A stretch of DNA of 21,725 bases, taken from assembly GCA_039024555.1 (NCBI GenBank), contig JBCCQQ010000082.1:1-21725 (forward strand), given 5' to 3'. This document shows positions 7,344-16,375 of the stretch, piece after piece. The translations under genes and the position numbers were made by a program. Within the stretch, counting starts at the first letter, position 1. Each line of letters opens with the position of its first letter. The notes below the pieces were generated by a model. That model made no database searches, was not told where the DNA came from, and saw nothing but the letters and a program-made list of their open reading frames with translations. Source of the DNA: Cyanobacteria bacterium P01_D01_bin.156 (GTDB taxonomy: Bacteria > Cyanobacteriota > Cyanobacteriia > Phormidesmidales > Phormidesmidaceae).

Positions 7344-8933
7344 CTAAAGAGGGCGATACACTCGGTAGTTAATACTGGGGAAAATGTTGTCGATTTCCTC
7401 TACCTTTTGCAGCCAGCCAGAATCAATCTTGCCCGCCATAATGTCATCTCGCAGCTTATCAAAGCGTAGTAAGTGGGACCGAGTACGACGCACAGCATAG
7501 GGCACCATAGTTCCCGTACGCATGATAAAAGCCCAGTCAGAGGACTGTGCCAGCAACAGCTCTCTAGCTGCCTGGTTAAGCGCACGCCATTCCAGTTCAT
7601 CAATGGGCTCACGTCGAGCCAGATCGATCATCCGCTCTGCCGCCTTGTGCAAATGGGGATAGATCCAGGCATTAGTTTCATTCAACCAGTATTCATGGAA
7701 ACCCTTGTATCCCCAGCTAGATTGGGATGGACGACATACCTGCTGAGTGGGGTTACCACGTAAATAGTCAGCCAGGTGGGTCATTTCATAGGTGTCTTGG
7801 TCGTACCAAGTTTTGCGGAAGAGATAGTCAATAAACCAGGGACCTTCATACCACCAGTGGCCAAACAGCTCAGCATCATAGGGAGATATCACAATGGGCT
7901 TACGCTGCATCATGCCGTTAAGATGGGCAATCTGCTGGCCACGGTTGTACATAAAGTTACTAGCGTGTTCCGCAGCTTTTTCCCTAGCCCAGTAGGGGTC
8001 GTACCAGTCCTTATCCGATAGTCCTAGGTTTTTACCCGTAATCTTGTGGTATTTGATACCCACATTTTTACGTTGGCCATTGGGCATAACGTAGGGCTTA
8101 ATGTAGTCGTATTCCGCATCCCAACCTAGATCGCGATAAAACTCACGATATTCCGAAGCACCTGGATAACCCACCTTAGAGGACCAAACCTGCTGAGAAG
8201 ACTCATGATCACGGCCAAAGGCGGCCACCCCCGTCTCGGTGTAGATCGGAGCATAGGCCCCAAAGCGAGGACGAGGACGAGCATAGAGAATGCCATGGCC
8301 ATCGGTCAGAAAGTATCGCAGACCAACATCGGCCACCATGCGCTCTAAGCCTTCATAGTAGGCACACTCAGGGAGCCAGATACCATTGGGAGGACGACCA
8401 AAATTTTCTTCGTGGCTTTCGACTGCTACCTTTAGTTGCGCCCACACCGCCTCGGGGTACATCTTCATCAGTGGCAGATAGCCATGGGTAGCACCACAGG
8501 TGATGATGTCTAAATTGTTGCTGTCAACATACTGCTTAAAGGCAGCTATCAGGTCACCTTTGTGGTCTTCCCACACCTGGCGCGTGTGGTTGAACTCGTT
8601 AGCGTAATATTCTGCTAAATATTTAACGTGGCCGTTGTGCTCATTTCGTTCAATTTCTCGCTCGGTCAGCTCTTCAAGCTTGGTTAGATGCTCGTCATAA
8701 CGTTCCTGCAGAAGGGGATCCTTGAGCATAGATACCAGAGGGGGCGTCATGCTCATGGTCATTTTAAAATCAATACCATCCCGCTTCAGACCATCAAACA
8801 TGGTCAATAGCGGAATATAGGTTTCGGTAATTGCCTCAAATAGCCACTCTTCTTCTAATACAAAGTCACTCTCTGGGTGCCGAACGAAGGGTAAATGGGC
8901 ATGGAGAACCAGAGCAAGATATCCGAGAGACAT
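7344..8933 (-). CDS. Glycoside hydrolase family 57 (DUF1957), 1,4-alpha-glucan branching enzyme-like
   Basis: GH57 motifs LVLHAHLPFVRHP, THGYLPL, GIWLPECAY (nucleophile Glu), PYDAELFGHWWYEGP (acid/base Asp) and QSSDWAF. Confidence 0.93.
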   Translation of the reverse strand: MSLGYLALVLHAHLPFVRHPESDFVLEEEWLFEAITETYIPLLTMFDGLKRDGIDFKMTMSMTPPLVSMLKDPLLQERYDEHLTKLEELTEREIERNEHNGHVKYLAEYYANEFNHTRQVWEDHKGDLIAAFKQYVDSNNLDIITCGATHGYLPLMKMYPEAVWAQLKVAVESHEENFGRPPNGIWLPECAYYEGLERMVADVGLRYFLTDGHGILYARPRPRFGAYAPIYTETGVAAFGRDHESSQQVWSSKVGYPGASEYREFYRDLGWDAEYDYIKPYVMPNGQRKNVGIKYHKITGKNLGLSDKDWYDPYWAREKAAEHASNFMYNRGQQIAHLNGMMQRKPIVISPYDAELFGHWWYEGPWFIDYLFRKTWYDQDTYEMTHLADYLRGNPTQQVCRPSQSSWGYKGFHEYWLNETNAWIYPHLHKAAERMIDLARREPIDELEWRALNQAARELLLAQSSDWAFIMRTGTMVPYAVRRTRSHLLRFDKLRDDIMAGKIDSGWLQKVEEIDNIFPSINYRVYRPL

Positions 8934-9284
8934 AGGGCAACCTTTTATTGAAAGTGAGCATCTTATGGAAAATTGCTAGGCCATCCTCAGCCCCTGAGAA
9001 TGTCACGCTTTAGGAACGCAAAATATAGACAATAAAAACAGGGCTAAGGCGCTAAGTTAGCGTTAAATCAAGCTTTTTTAGCAGCTAACCAGAGCAAGTC
9101 ACAGCGGCAGCACGATTAAATATTTCACATTAATTTAATCATTTTGCGAGCACATTACGCCAAAGGAAATAAGTAGATTGGGCAAGGCTCATCTAACGAT
9201 GCACATTGGGATTTAATCTACGCTGTCGATGGAGATCGCTTCAGTAGCGGTTATGTCTTTTTGTAAATCATGTCCTTGACGAAT

Positions 9285-10370
9285 TTACTCAGCAGCTTCG
9301 TCAGACTGCAATATTTTGATTTGTTGTTGTAATAGATCTATCTGTTTTTGCAACTCTTTGAGGGTACGATGCATCTCTGGCAAGCGATTGTAGATAGCCG
9401 AGGATTTTAGATAAGTGCGATAGGGACTGGCGGGACTCCCCATCATGATGCTGCCGGGGGATACATTGCTATGCAAGCCTGCTTTAGAACCGGCCTGAAC
9501 ACCCTTACCAATTTTGGCATTGTTGGCCACACCGACTTGCCCGCCCAAAATTACGAGGGAATCTAGCTCTACTGCACCGGCTAGCCCCACTTGAGCGGCT
9601 AAAACACAGTTATCAGCAAGCTGGCAGTTGTGGGCCACATGCACCAGATTGTCGAGCTTGCTATTGCGGCCAATACGAGTAGTCCCCACGGCAGGGCGGT
9701 CCACAGCAGCATTGCAGCCCACCTCCACATGGTCTTCTAGGATGACGATGCCGGACTGGTGCATTTTTTCCCAGCCTTGATCGGTCGGTACAAAGCCAAA
9801 TCCTTCAGAACCAATCACGGCTCCGGCATGAATGACACAGTACTGCCCAATCTGTGCCCGTTCGTGCACCACACAGCTGGCATGGAGTGTCGTGTGGTCG
9901 CCTACGGTGGCGTTGGGATAGACCACAACTTGGGGATGGATACAGACGTGATCGCCAATGGTGGCTCCGGCATGGATAACCACGTATGGACCAATAGCAA
10001 CGTTATCGCCAATGGTGGCCGTAGGGTCAATAACAGCGGTTGGATGGATGCCAGTTGAAAGTTGAAATGGCTTGTAGAACAGTGCGATCGCACGAGCAAA
10101 TCCTAAACGGGGGTCCTTCAAACTAACCCAGGCAATATTGCGCGCCGTCGCTTTTGCCTGGAGGTCTTCATTGACGGGCAAAATCAGCGCTGCATTATGG
10201 GTTTGCTCCAGGTATGGGGCAAACTTTTGGCCTTCTATATAGCTGATGGTATTCGGCTCAGAATCCTGAACTGCTGTCACTCCAGAGATATCGGGATCAA
10301 GGTCAGGTAGACTTTCCAAACTAGAAGCTCCTGCCAGACCAAGCTGCTCTACGATCTCGCTAAATTTCAT
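9285..10370 (-). CDS. lpxD: UDP-3-O-(3-hydroxyacyl)glucosamine N-acyltransferase
   Basis: Hexapeptide repeats, IGSEGFGF and KLDNLVHVAHNC. Start placed at ATG 10370 (MKFSEIV) rather than 10436. Confidence 0.95.
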   Translation of the reverse strand: MKFSEIVEQLGLAGASSLESLPDLDPDISGVTAVQDSEPNTISYIEGQKFAPYLEQTHNAALILPVNEDLQAKATARNIAWVSLKDPRLGFARAIALFYKPFQLSTGIHPTAVIDPTATIGDNVAIGPYVVIHAGATIGDHVCIHPQVVVYPNATVGDHTTLHASCVVHERAQIGQYCVIHAGAVIGSEGFGFVPTDQGWEKMHQSGIVILEDHVEVGCNAAVDRPAVGTTRIGRNSKLDNLVHVAHNCQLADNCVLAAQVGLAGAVELDSLVILGGQVGVANNAKIGKGVQAGSKAGLHSNVSPGSIMMGSPASPYRTYLKSSAIYNRLPEMHRTLKELQKQIDLLQQQIKILQSDEAAE

Positions 10371-10489
10371 GGGTCCTCTATGGTGGGGCGTCTCCAGCGT
10401 CAGGCTATCAAAAAAGAGATGATATTTGTCGACCAAGTGTCAACGCCAGACATGAAGCAGCATTCTGGTTTGGCTATGGCTTTTATCGA

Positions 10490-11893
10490 TCAGGGCTGGT
10501 GTTTCAGAAAAGCAACACATTCTACATGAGCCGTTTGGGGGAAGAAATCAGCAGGTTGGACCTTGTGTAGGGTGTATTTTTCAGTACACAGAATTTTGAG
10601 GTCCCGAGCCAGGGTGGCAGGATTACAGCTCATATAGACAATGCGAGCTGGCGTTATCTCTAATAAGGTATCTAGAACCGTGCGATCGCATCCCTTACGT
10701 GGCGGGTCCAGCACCACAGCATCAATAGGGCCTACCTGCTGCAGACTAATATCTCGCAACAGGTCTTCCACTGCGCCCGCAAAGAAGTCCGTATTCTGCA
10801 AACCGTTTAGGGCCGCATTGTGACGGGCCTGGGCCACTGCCTCAGCCTGTACTTCAATCCCGATACAGCGAGCAGCTCCCTGAGCTAACGGTAGCGAAAG
10901 AGTACCAATGCCACAGTAGGTATCCACAATGGTTTCATGTCCCTGCAGCTTCAGTTCATCGAGAACTATCTGCACCAATCTTTCAGCCTGCAGAGTATTC
11001 ACCTGAAAAAACGTCGTCGGCTGAATGCGTAACCTCAACCCTAAAAACCACTCTTCAATATAGGGTTGCCCCGCTAAGCAGCGGGTCTCTTCCCCAAAGA
11101 TGCGATTGGTTTTATGGGGGTTGATATTGAGACATACCCCCACTAGCTCAGGATATTCCCCTAGCCATTGCTCTGCCTGCTCCTTCACATCCGGTATATA
11201 GCCCGTTGTAACTAGGGTTAGCAACATTTGGTTCGTGTGCTGTCCCACCCTCAATCCCACATGACGCAGGCGTCCCTGATGTTTCTTTTCGTTATAGAGA
11301 CTCCAGCCACGGTCCTGAATCGCTGTTTTGGCGGCCATCAATAGGGGATCTAACTGCCCATGCTGAATTGGACACTGATTGAGGTTGACAATCTGATGGC
11401 TGCCCTGGCGATAGTAGCCAGCCTTGATGGTGCCACCCTGCCCCCGTGCCAACGGATAGGTCGCCTTATTGCGATATCGCAGCGGATTAGATGCAGCCAA
11501 AATGGGCTGTACTTGTACGCCATCGAACCCACCGAGCCGCTCTAAAGCAGACTGTACCTGCTGTTCTTTTGCGATCGCCTGCTGTGCATAGTCAACGGCC
11601 TGCCACTGACATCCCCCACATTTATCAGCCACGATACAAGCCGGGCGCACACGATGGGGCGATGGCTCAAGCACCTGCAAAAGCTTGCCATAGCCATAGT
11701 TGGATTTAACCCGCGTCAGCCTTACCTGCAAGACATCCCCAGGCACAGCATTCGCCACAAACACCACGCGATCCTGCCAGCGCCCAACGCCATCGCCGCT
11801 ATTGCTTAGGCTCTCAACCGGCAAATCAATAATCTGTCCCTGCTGCCAACCAGAATTTTTTGCTGGTAAAGCCATAGTTGAGCCCTGCGTCAT
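10490..11893 (-). CDS. rlmD: 23S rRNA (uracil-C5)-methyltransferase RlmD
   Basis: TRAM domain, Fe-S motif CIVADKCGGCQWQ, FFQVN, DTYCGIG, LDPPRKG, YMSCNPATLARD and DFFPQTAHVE. Start uncertain (11893 or 11875). Confidence 0.93.
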   Translation of the reverse strand: MTQGSTMALPAKNSGWQQGQIIDLPVESLSNSGDGVGRWQDRVVFVANAVPGDVLQVRLTRVKSNYGYGKLLQVLEPSPHRVRPACIVADKCGGCQWQAVDYAQQAIAKEQQVQSALERLGGFDGVQVQPILAASNPLRYRNKATYPLARGQGGTIKAGYYRQGSHQIVNLNQCPIQHGQLDPLLMAAKTAIQDRGWSLYNEKKHQGRLRHVGLRVGQHTNQMLLTLVTTGYIPDVKEQAEQWLGEYPELVGVCLNINPHKTNRIFGEETRCLAGQPYIEEWFLGLRLRIQPTTFFQVNTLQAERLVQIVLDELKLQGHETIVDTYCGIGTLSLPLAQGAARCIGIEVQAEAVAQARHNAALNGLQNTDFFAGAVEDLLRDISLQQVGPIDAVVLDPPRKGCDRTVLDTLLEITPARIVYMSCNPATLARDLKILCTEKYTLHKVQPADFFPQTAHVECVAFLKHQP

Positions 11894-12160
11894 CACGCTG
11901 CATCATCCATCAACGAGCTTTCAATTCTATGGCAACTCTAAGGAATCCAAGAATTCAAGACTGATTTATTCCTAAATCATCGCAATCACGATAACTTGAC
12001 CAGCCTGTAAACTCTCTTAACATAGCTCTCAGACTAGAAACCACGGTCAGTTATTATTCAATGCAAGAAAAACCTTACGGACTGGGGAAAGTTATCCTTC
12101 CCTTGTGTCCCCTAGAGTCGATAAAATATAGTCAATACGAGTCACCGCATTCATTAAGCT

Positions 12161-12649
12161 ATGTCTGTTGTTAGCCAAGTAATTCTCAATGCAGATGATG
12201 AGCTGCGCTACCCTACCAGCGGCGAGCTCAAAGGTATTCAAGATTTTCTAAAGACAGGACCTCAGCGTCTCATAATTGCTCAAGCCCTAGCCGACAATGA
12301 ACAGAAAATTGTTGACCGTGCTAGTCAGGCTTTGTGGCGGCGACGCCCCGACTTTATCGCCCCTGGCGGTAATGCCTATGGGCAGAAGCAACGGTCACTG
12401 TGTCTACGGGACTATGGCTGGTATTTGCGTCTGATCACCTACGGGATTATCGCTGGCGATAAGGACCCTATTGAAAGCATTGGTCTAGTGGGTGTACGTG
12501 AAATGTACAACGCCCTCGATGTTCCTGTTCCCGGTATGGTGGCTGCGATTGAATGCCTAAAGGATGCATCTCTGAACTTGCTAACTGAAGAGCAAGCGGC
12601 AGAAGCAGCTCCATACTTTGACTACATCATCCAAGCAATGGCTAGTTAG
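12161..12649 (+). CDS. apcD: Allophycocyanin-B alpha subunit
   Basis: [30 protein letters not shown]...[16 protein letters not shown] has the chromophore Cys and the ApcD-type GW; monocistronic. Confidence 0.95.
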   Translation: MSVVSQVILNADDELRYPTSGELKGIQDFLKTGPQRLIIAQALADNEQKIVDRASQALWRRRPDFIAPGGNAYGQKQRSLCLRDYGWYLRLITYGIIAGDKDPIESIGLVGVREMYNALDVPVPGMVAAIECLKDASLNLLTEEQAAEAAPYFDYIIQAMAS

Positions 12650-12688
12650 CCACCGCTAATAGGTATTGCAAAAATTAAATCATTTTGG

Positions 12689-12725
12689 AACGAGGAGTAC
12701 ATTTGATCGTATTCCTCGTTTTTTT
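12689..12725 (+). terminator. Intrinsic terminator of apcD
   Basis: AACGAGGAGTAC-ATTTGATC-GTATTCCTCGTT followed by a T-run. Confidence 0.85.
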
Positions 12726-12762
12726 AGATATGCTGAGAACGCTATCCATCTGAATGTGAATT

Positions 12763-13392
12763 GTGTCCCCTAAGCGAGATTATCGTGGTTGCAAGCTAGG
12801 TGCCGTCGTTAAATCCAACTCCCACTGCGATTATATTGTTCAGCTTCATACAGAACAGGACGTCATAGCTCCTCCCGCAGCCACAAGCTATGGGTTTGGT
12901 CAGTTTGTGGCTTTAGAAACTGAAAAGCAGCATTGGGCCGTAGGGATTATTTATAACTCTCAGCTGTTTAACCCAGCATTCTTAAATAGCGGTCCTCAAC
13001 TGACTAGCGCTCCTGACCCATTATTTACCCCTGATCTGATCCAAGAAACAAAAACACTACTCAATGTGGTCTTGGTAGGTAATTTAATTGAGCACGCGAA
13101 GCAAATTTATGGGCAGCAGGGCATCCCTCGGAGGGTGGTACCGGTCAATACCCCTGTTTATTCATTAACAGATAAGGGCCGCCATTGGTTTCATGTAGGC
13201 GCTGATAACCACCCCCAGTTTAAGTATTACGGCCATCTCTTGAGCTGTGGGGGTGCTTTTGCCACCCAGCTAACCCAGTTAGTTTTAACTGAATTGAGTG
13301 CATCGGAGCTGTTTGCAGAGGCCGATCAGCGGGCACTACAGGTACTGTGTCGAGAGCTGACTTGGAAAAATACTTTGGGAGCGATGGGATAG
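12763..13392 (+). CDS. Probable HAS-barrel domain-containing protein
   Basis: LGAVVKSNSHCDYIVQ...YGFGQFV...WAVGIIYNSQ pattern resembles cyanobacterial HAS-barrel proteins (recognised from memory); GTG start uncertain. Confidence 0.6.
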   Translation: MSPKRDYRGCKLGAVVKSNSHCDYIVQLHTEQDVIAPPAATSYGFGQFVALETEKQHWAVGIIYNSQLFNPAFLNSGPQLTSAPDPLFTPDLIQETKTLLNVVLVGNLIEHAKQIYGQQGIPRRVVPVNTPVYSLTDKGRHWFHVGADNHPQFKYYGHLLSCGGAFATQLTQLVLTELSASELFAEADQRALQVLCRELTWKNTLGAMG

Positions 13393-13457
13393 AGCAAGCC
13401 CTGATCAACTGGTCCTTAAAGGAGCAGCATTGCAATTAAAATCAATAAAATGTGATC

Positions 13458-13479
13458 AAATGTGATCATAATCACAGGG
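13458..13479. promoter_or_regulatory. CRP/SyCRP1-type binding site TGTGA-N6-TCACA
   Basis: AAATGTGATCATAATCACAGGG has a perfect core at 13461-13476 and matches the E. coli consensus at 16/22. An extra half-site lies 10 bp upstream. Confidence 0.75.
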
Positions 13480-13529
13480 AAATGATGACTTAGATCGCTA
13501 TTGCCCTCTTCCAAATTCAGCATACTAAG

Positions 13530-13611
13530 GATGACTCAACTCTAGCCGAGTCATCTACAGGGAACACACAACCAGCCGATAGAACTCGCGGGAGTTCTGT
13601 CGGTTTTTTTT
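13530..13611 (+). ncRNA. Candidate ~80-nt small RNA (or purL leader attenuator)
   Basis: Stem GATGACTC/GAGTCATC (13530-13555), 19-nt linker TACAGGGAACACACAACCA, then a 13-bp terminator stem (13575-13604) and T8; CATACT -10-like element at 13521-13526. Confidence 0.55.
13575..13611 (+). terminator. Strong intrinsic terminator 66 nt upstream of purL
   Basis: GCCGATAGAACTC-GCGG-GAGTTCTGTCGGT-TTTTTTT; the G-U pairs form on the + strand. Confidence 0.85.
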
Positions 13612-13677
13612 GTCAATGGGTAGGGAACAGGGTTTAAAATCAACCCTTGTTCACCCCTGTCGCAATATTCACTATTA

Positions 13678-16014
13678 ATGGCTACCAATGCATCCAATCA
13701 AATTCCGTTTTCTCAAGAGGAAATTGCCTCAGAGGGTTTAAAGCCTGGTGAGTATGACGAGATTGTCAAACGCCTGGGACGCCATCCTAACCGTGCAGAA
13801 CTCGGAATGTTTGGGGTGATGTGGTCAGAGCATTGCTGCTATAAAAATTCCCGCCCGCTGCTAAAACAGTTTCCAACGGAAGGACCCAGAATTTTAGTCG
13901 GACCTGGGGAAAATGCTGGAGTAGTAGATGTGGGCCATGGCCAGCGACTGGTGTTCAAAATTGAATCCCATAACCATCCATCAGCAGTCGAACCTTTCCA
14001 AGGAGCAGCAACAGGAGTGGGGGGTATTTTACGGGATATCTTTACCATGGGTGCACGCCCCATTGCCGCCCTTAATGCGTTGAGATTTGGCACCCTCAAT
14101 GATCCAAATACCCGCCGTATTTTTACCGGTGTCGTCTCTGGAATTTCCCACTATGGCAACTGTTTTGGAGTGCCTACCGTAGGGGGAGAAATTTACTTTG
14201 ATTCCGCCTATACTGGCAACCCTCTCGTCAATGCGATGGCAATCGGGCTGATGGAAACTGAGGACATTGTCAAATCTGGAGCATCGGGCATTGGCAACCC
14301 AGTACTGTACGTGGGGTCTACAACCGGACGTGACGGCATGGGTGGGGCCAGCTTTGCCAGCGCAGAACTTACCGATGAATCAGAAGCCGATCGTCCTGCT
14401 GTACAGGTGGGGGACCCATTTTTAGAAAAGTCTTTGGTGGAAGCCTGTCTTGAAGCGTTTAAGACAGGGGCCGTAGTAGCGGCCCAGGATATGGGAGCAG
14501 CAGGCATTACCTGCTCTACATCAGAGATGGCCGTTAACGGCGGTGTAGGGATTGAATTGGACCTAGACAAAATACCCGTACGGGAAACGGGAATGGTGCC
14601 CTATGAGTACCTGCTGTCGGAATCCCAGGAGCGCATGCTGTTTGTAGGACAGAAGGGACGCGAGCAGGAACTAATTGATATTTTCGAACGGTGGGGGCTG
14701 CATGCAGTAGTAGCCGGTGAAGTCATCCAGGCACCCATCGTTCGGATCCTATTCCAAGGCAATGTGGCGGCTGAAGTGCCTGCTTCAGCCCTGGCAGATA
14801 ACACACCTCTATATGAGCGAGAAGTTCTAGCCACCCCCCCTGCTTACGCCCAAACTGCCTGGACATGGCAAGAGGACAGTCTGCCAGATGCCTCTGGTAG
14901 AGGCATCAATGAAAAATCTTGGAATGATGTACTGCTGGCCTTACTGAGTACACCCACCATTGCTTCCAAACAGTGGGTGTATCACCAGTATGACCATCAA
15001 GTGCAGAATAATACGGTGATGCTGCCCGGTGGCGCAGATGCAGCAATTTTACGATTGCGTCCCCTGGAGGGAGACGATGGTAGGAGCAGCAATTCCGGTG
15101 TTGCAGCAACCACCGATTGCAATCCTCGCTACGTATATCTCAACCCCTATGAAGGTGGGCTGGCAGCTGTAGCAGAAGCGGCGCGCAACCTCAGCTGTGT
15201 AGGGGCTGAACCCATTGCAGTCACTGACAACTTAAACTTTGGTAGCCCTGAAAAGCCGGTGGGCTACTGGCAACTAGCAGAGGCCTGCCGAGGTTTGGCA
15301 GATGGCTGTCGAGCTTTTGATACGCCAGTTACTGGTGGCAATGTGTCCCTTTATAACGAAACAGTCGACAGCCAGGGAAATCCCCAACCCATTTATCCCA
15401 CACCGGTTGTGGGCATGGTGGGTGTGATTGACGATCTGGGTCAGATCTGTGGTCAAAGCTGGCAAAGTCCTGGCGATCTCATCTACCTTCTGGGTACGCC
15501 CTTGGGGGAAAGTGGCGATGGCGCCGTTACCCTGGGCGCATCGGAATACCTCAAAGTCATCCACAACCAGGTGGCCGGTCATCCTCCTAAGGTGGATATA
15601 GAGCTAGAACTCAAGGTGCAGGCCGCTTGTCGTTATGGCATTCGTCAGGGATGGATTACATCGGCCCATGATGCAGCAGAAGGGGGAGTTGCGATCGCTC
15701 TCGCGGAATCTTCCATCAGCAGTGAATTAGGAGCAACCATCAACCTATCCACCACCAACCAGCGCTACGACACCCTCCTATTTGGTGAAGGTGGCGCTCG
15801 GATTCTAGTGACTGTATCACCAGAAAATCAAACCGCTTGGGAAAATCATCTAAGAAATCAACTTGAGCATCACTGGACAGTCATCGGCCAAGTAACCAAC
15901 CCTCAAGACAGTTTTACTATCCAAACAGCGGATAACATGAGCTTAGTTAATTTAGAAATCACCACCATGGCCGACGAGTGGCGCTACGCTATAGAAAGAG
16001 CATTAAACAGTTAG
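13678..16014 (+). CDS. purL: Phosphoribosylformylglycinamidine synthase subunit PurL (small type)
   Basis: Motifs [48 protein letters not shown] and [10 protein letters not shown]. Confidence 0.98.
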   Translation: MATNASNQIPFSQEEIASEGLKPGEYDEIVKRLGRHPNRAELGMFGVMWSEHCCYKNSRPLLKQFPTEGPRILVGPGENAGVVDVGHGQRLVFKIESHNHPSAVEPFQGAATGVGGILRDIFTMGARPIAALNALRFGTLNDPNTRRIFTGVVSGISHYGNCFGVPTVGGEIYFDSAYTGNPLVNAMAIGLMETEDIVKSGASGIGNPVLYVGSTTGRDGMGGASFASAELTDESEADRPAVQVGDPFLEKSLVEACLEAFKTGAVVAAQDMGAAGITCSTSEMAVNGGVGIELDLDKIPVRETGMVPYEYLLSESQERMLFVGQKGREQELIDIFERWGLHAVVAGEVIQAPIVRILFQGNVAAEVPASALADNTPLYEREVLATPPAYAQTAWTWQEDSLPDASGRGINEKSWNDVLLALLSTPTIASKQWVYHQYDHQVQNNTVMLPGGADAAILRLRPLEGDDGRSSNSGVAATTDCNPRYVYLNPYEGGLAAVAEAARNLSCVGAEPIAVTDNLNFGSPEKPVGYWQLAEACRGLADGCRAFDTPVTGGNVSLYNETVDSQGNPQPIYPTPVVGMVGVIDDLGQICGQSWQSPGDLIYLLGTPLGESGDGAVTLGASEYLKVIHNQVAGHPPKVDIELELKVQAACRYGIRQGWITSAHDAAEGGVAIALAESSISSELGATINLSTTNQRYDTLLFGEGGARILVTVSPENQTAWENHLRNQLEHHWTVIGQVTNPQDSFTIQTADNMSLVNLEITTMADEWRYAIERALNS

Positions 16015-16082
16015 TTCCCATGGGCAAATAATTCACGACCAGTCACCATATGCGGCAGCTTGCTTCGTATGATGTTTGCTGT

Positions 16083-16106
16083 TGAACTCTCCTTAAGGAG
16101 AGTTCA
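16083..16106. repeat. Perfect 24-bp palindrome in the purL-purF spacer
   Basis: TGAACTCTCCTTAAGGAGAGTTCA. Confidence 0.85.
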
Positions 16107-16375
16107 TTGTTTGGAGAAAAGGCAGAAAGCTATGTTTTACAAAGATGAAATCTTATCTCTAGGCTCAGCATCGCCTATCTAACCACTTAAGTGAATCTAT
16201 TGACCTGTATCCCTGCTAATTGCATTGGGTGCTAGGATCAGGTTGATTAAGAAAATATTAAGCTCATTGATTCATCAAGGGTTCTATCGGTTTAGCCGCT
16301 AGCATCTTGGGCTCATTAATCAACACATAACAGCTGCTTCCCTTTTTACCGTTATTAACGCCACGCGGACTCAAG

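Larger units (their letters stand above)
711..15698. repeat. HIP1 octamers GCGATCGC (dispersed)
   Basis: Seen at 711, 3217, 4746, 10084, 10682, 11571 and 15691 (manual scan, may be incomplete). Confidence 0.9.

Noticed and set aside
10371..10436. N-terminal extension of LpxD in the ORF track
   Set aside because: TTG start with an unconserved-looking leader; MKFSEI at 10370 fits the usual cyanobacterial LpxD start
12005..12024. HLR1/RpaB-like direct repeat upstream of apcD
   Set aside because: Too many mismatches to call from sequence alone
13530..13611. Identification of the candidate RNA as Yfr1, a tRNA or a known riboswitch
   Set aside because: It lacks ACUCCUCACAC, has no cloverleaf or T-loop, and shows no recognisable aptamer consensus
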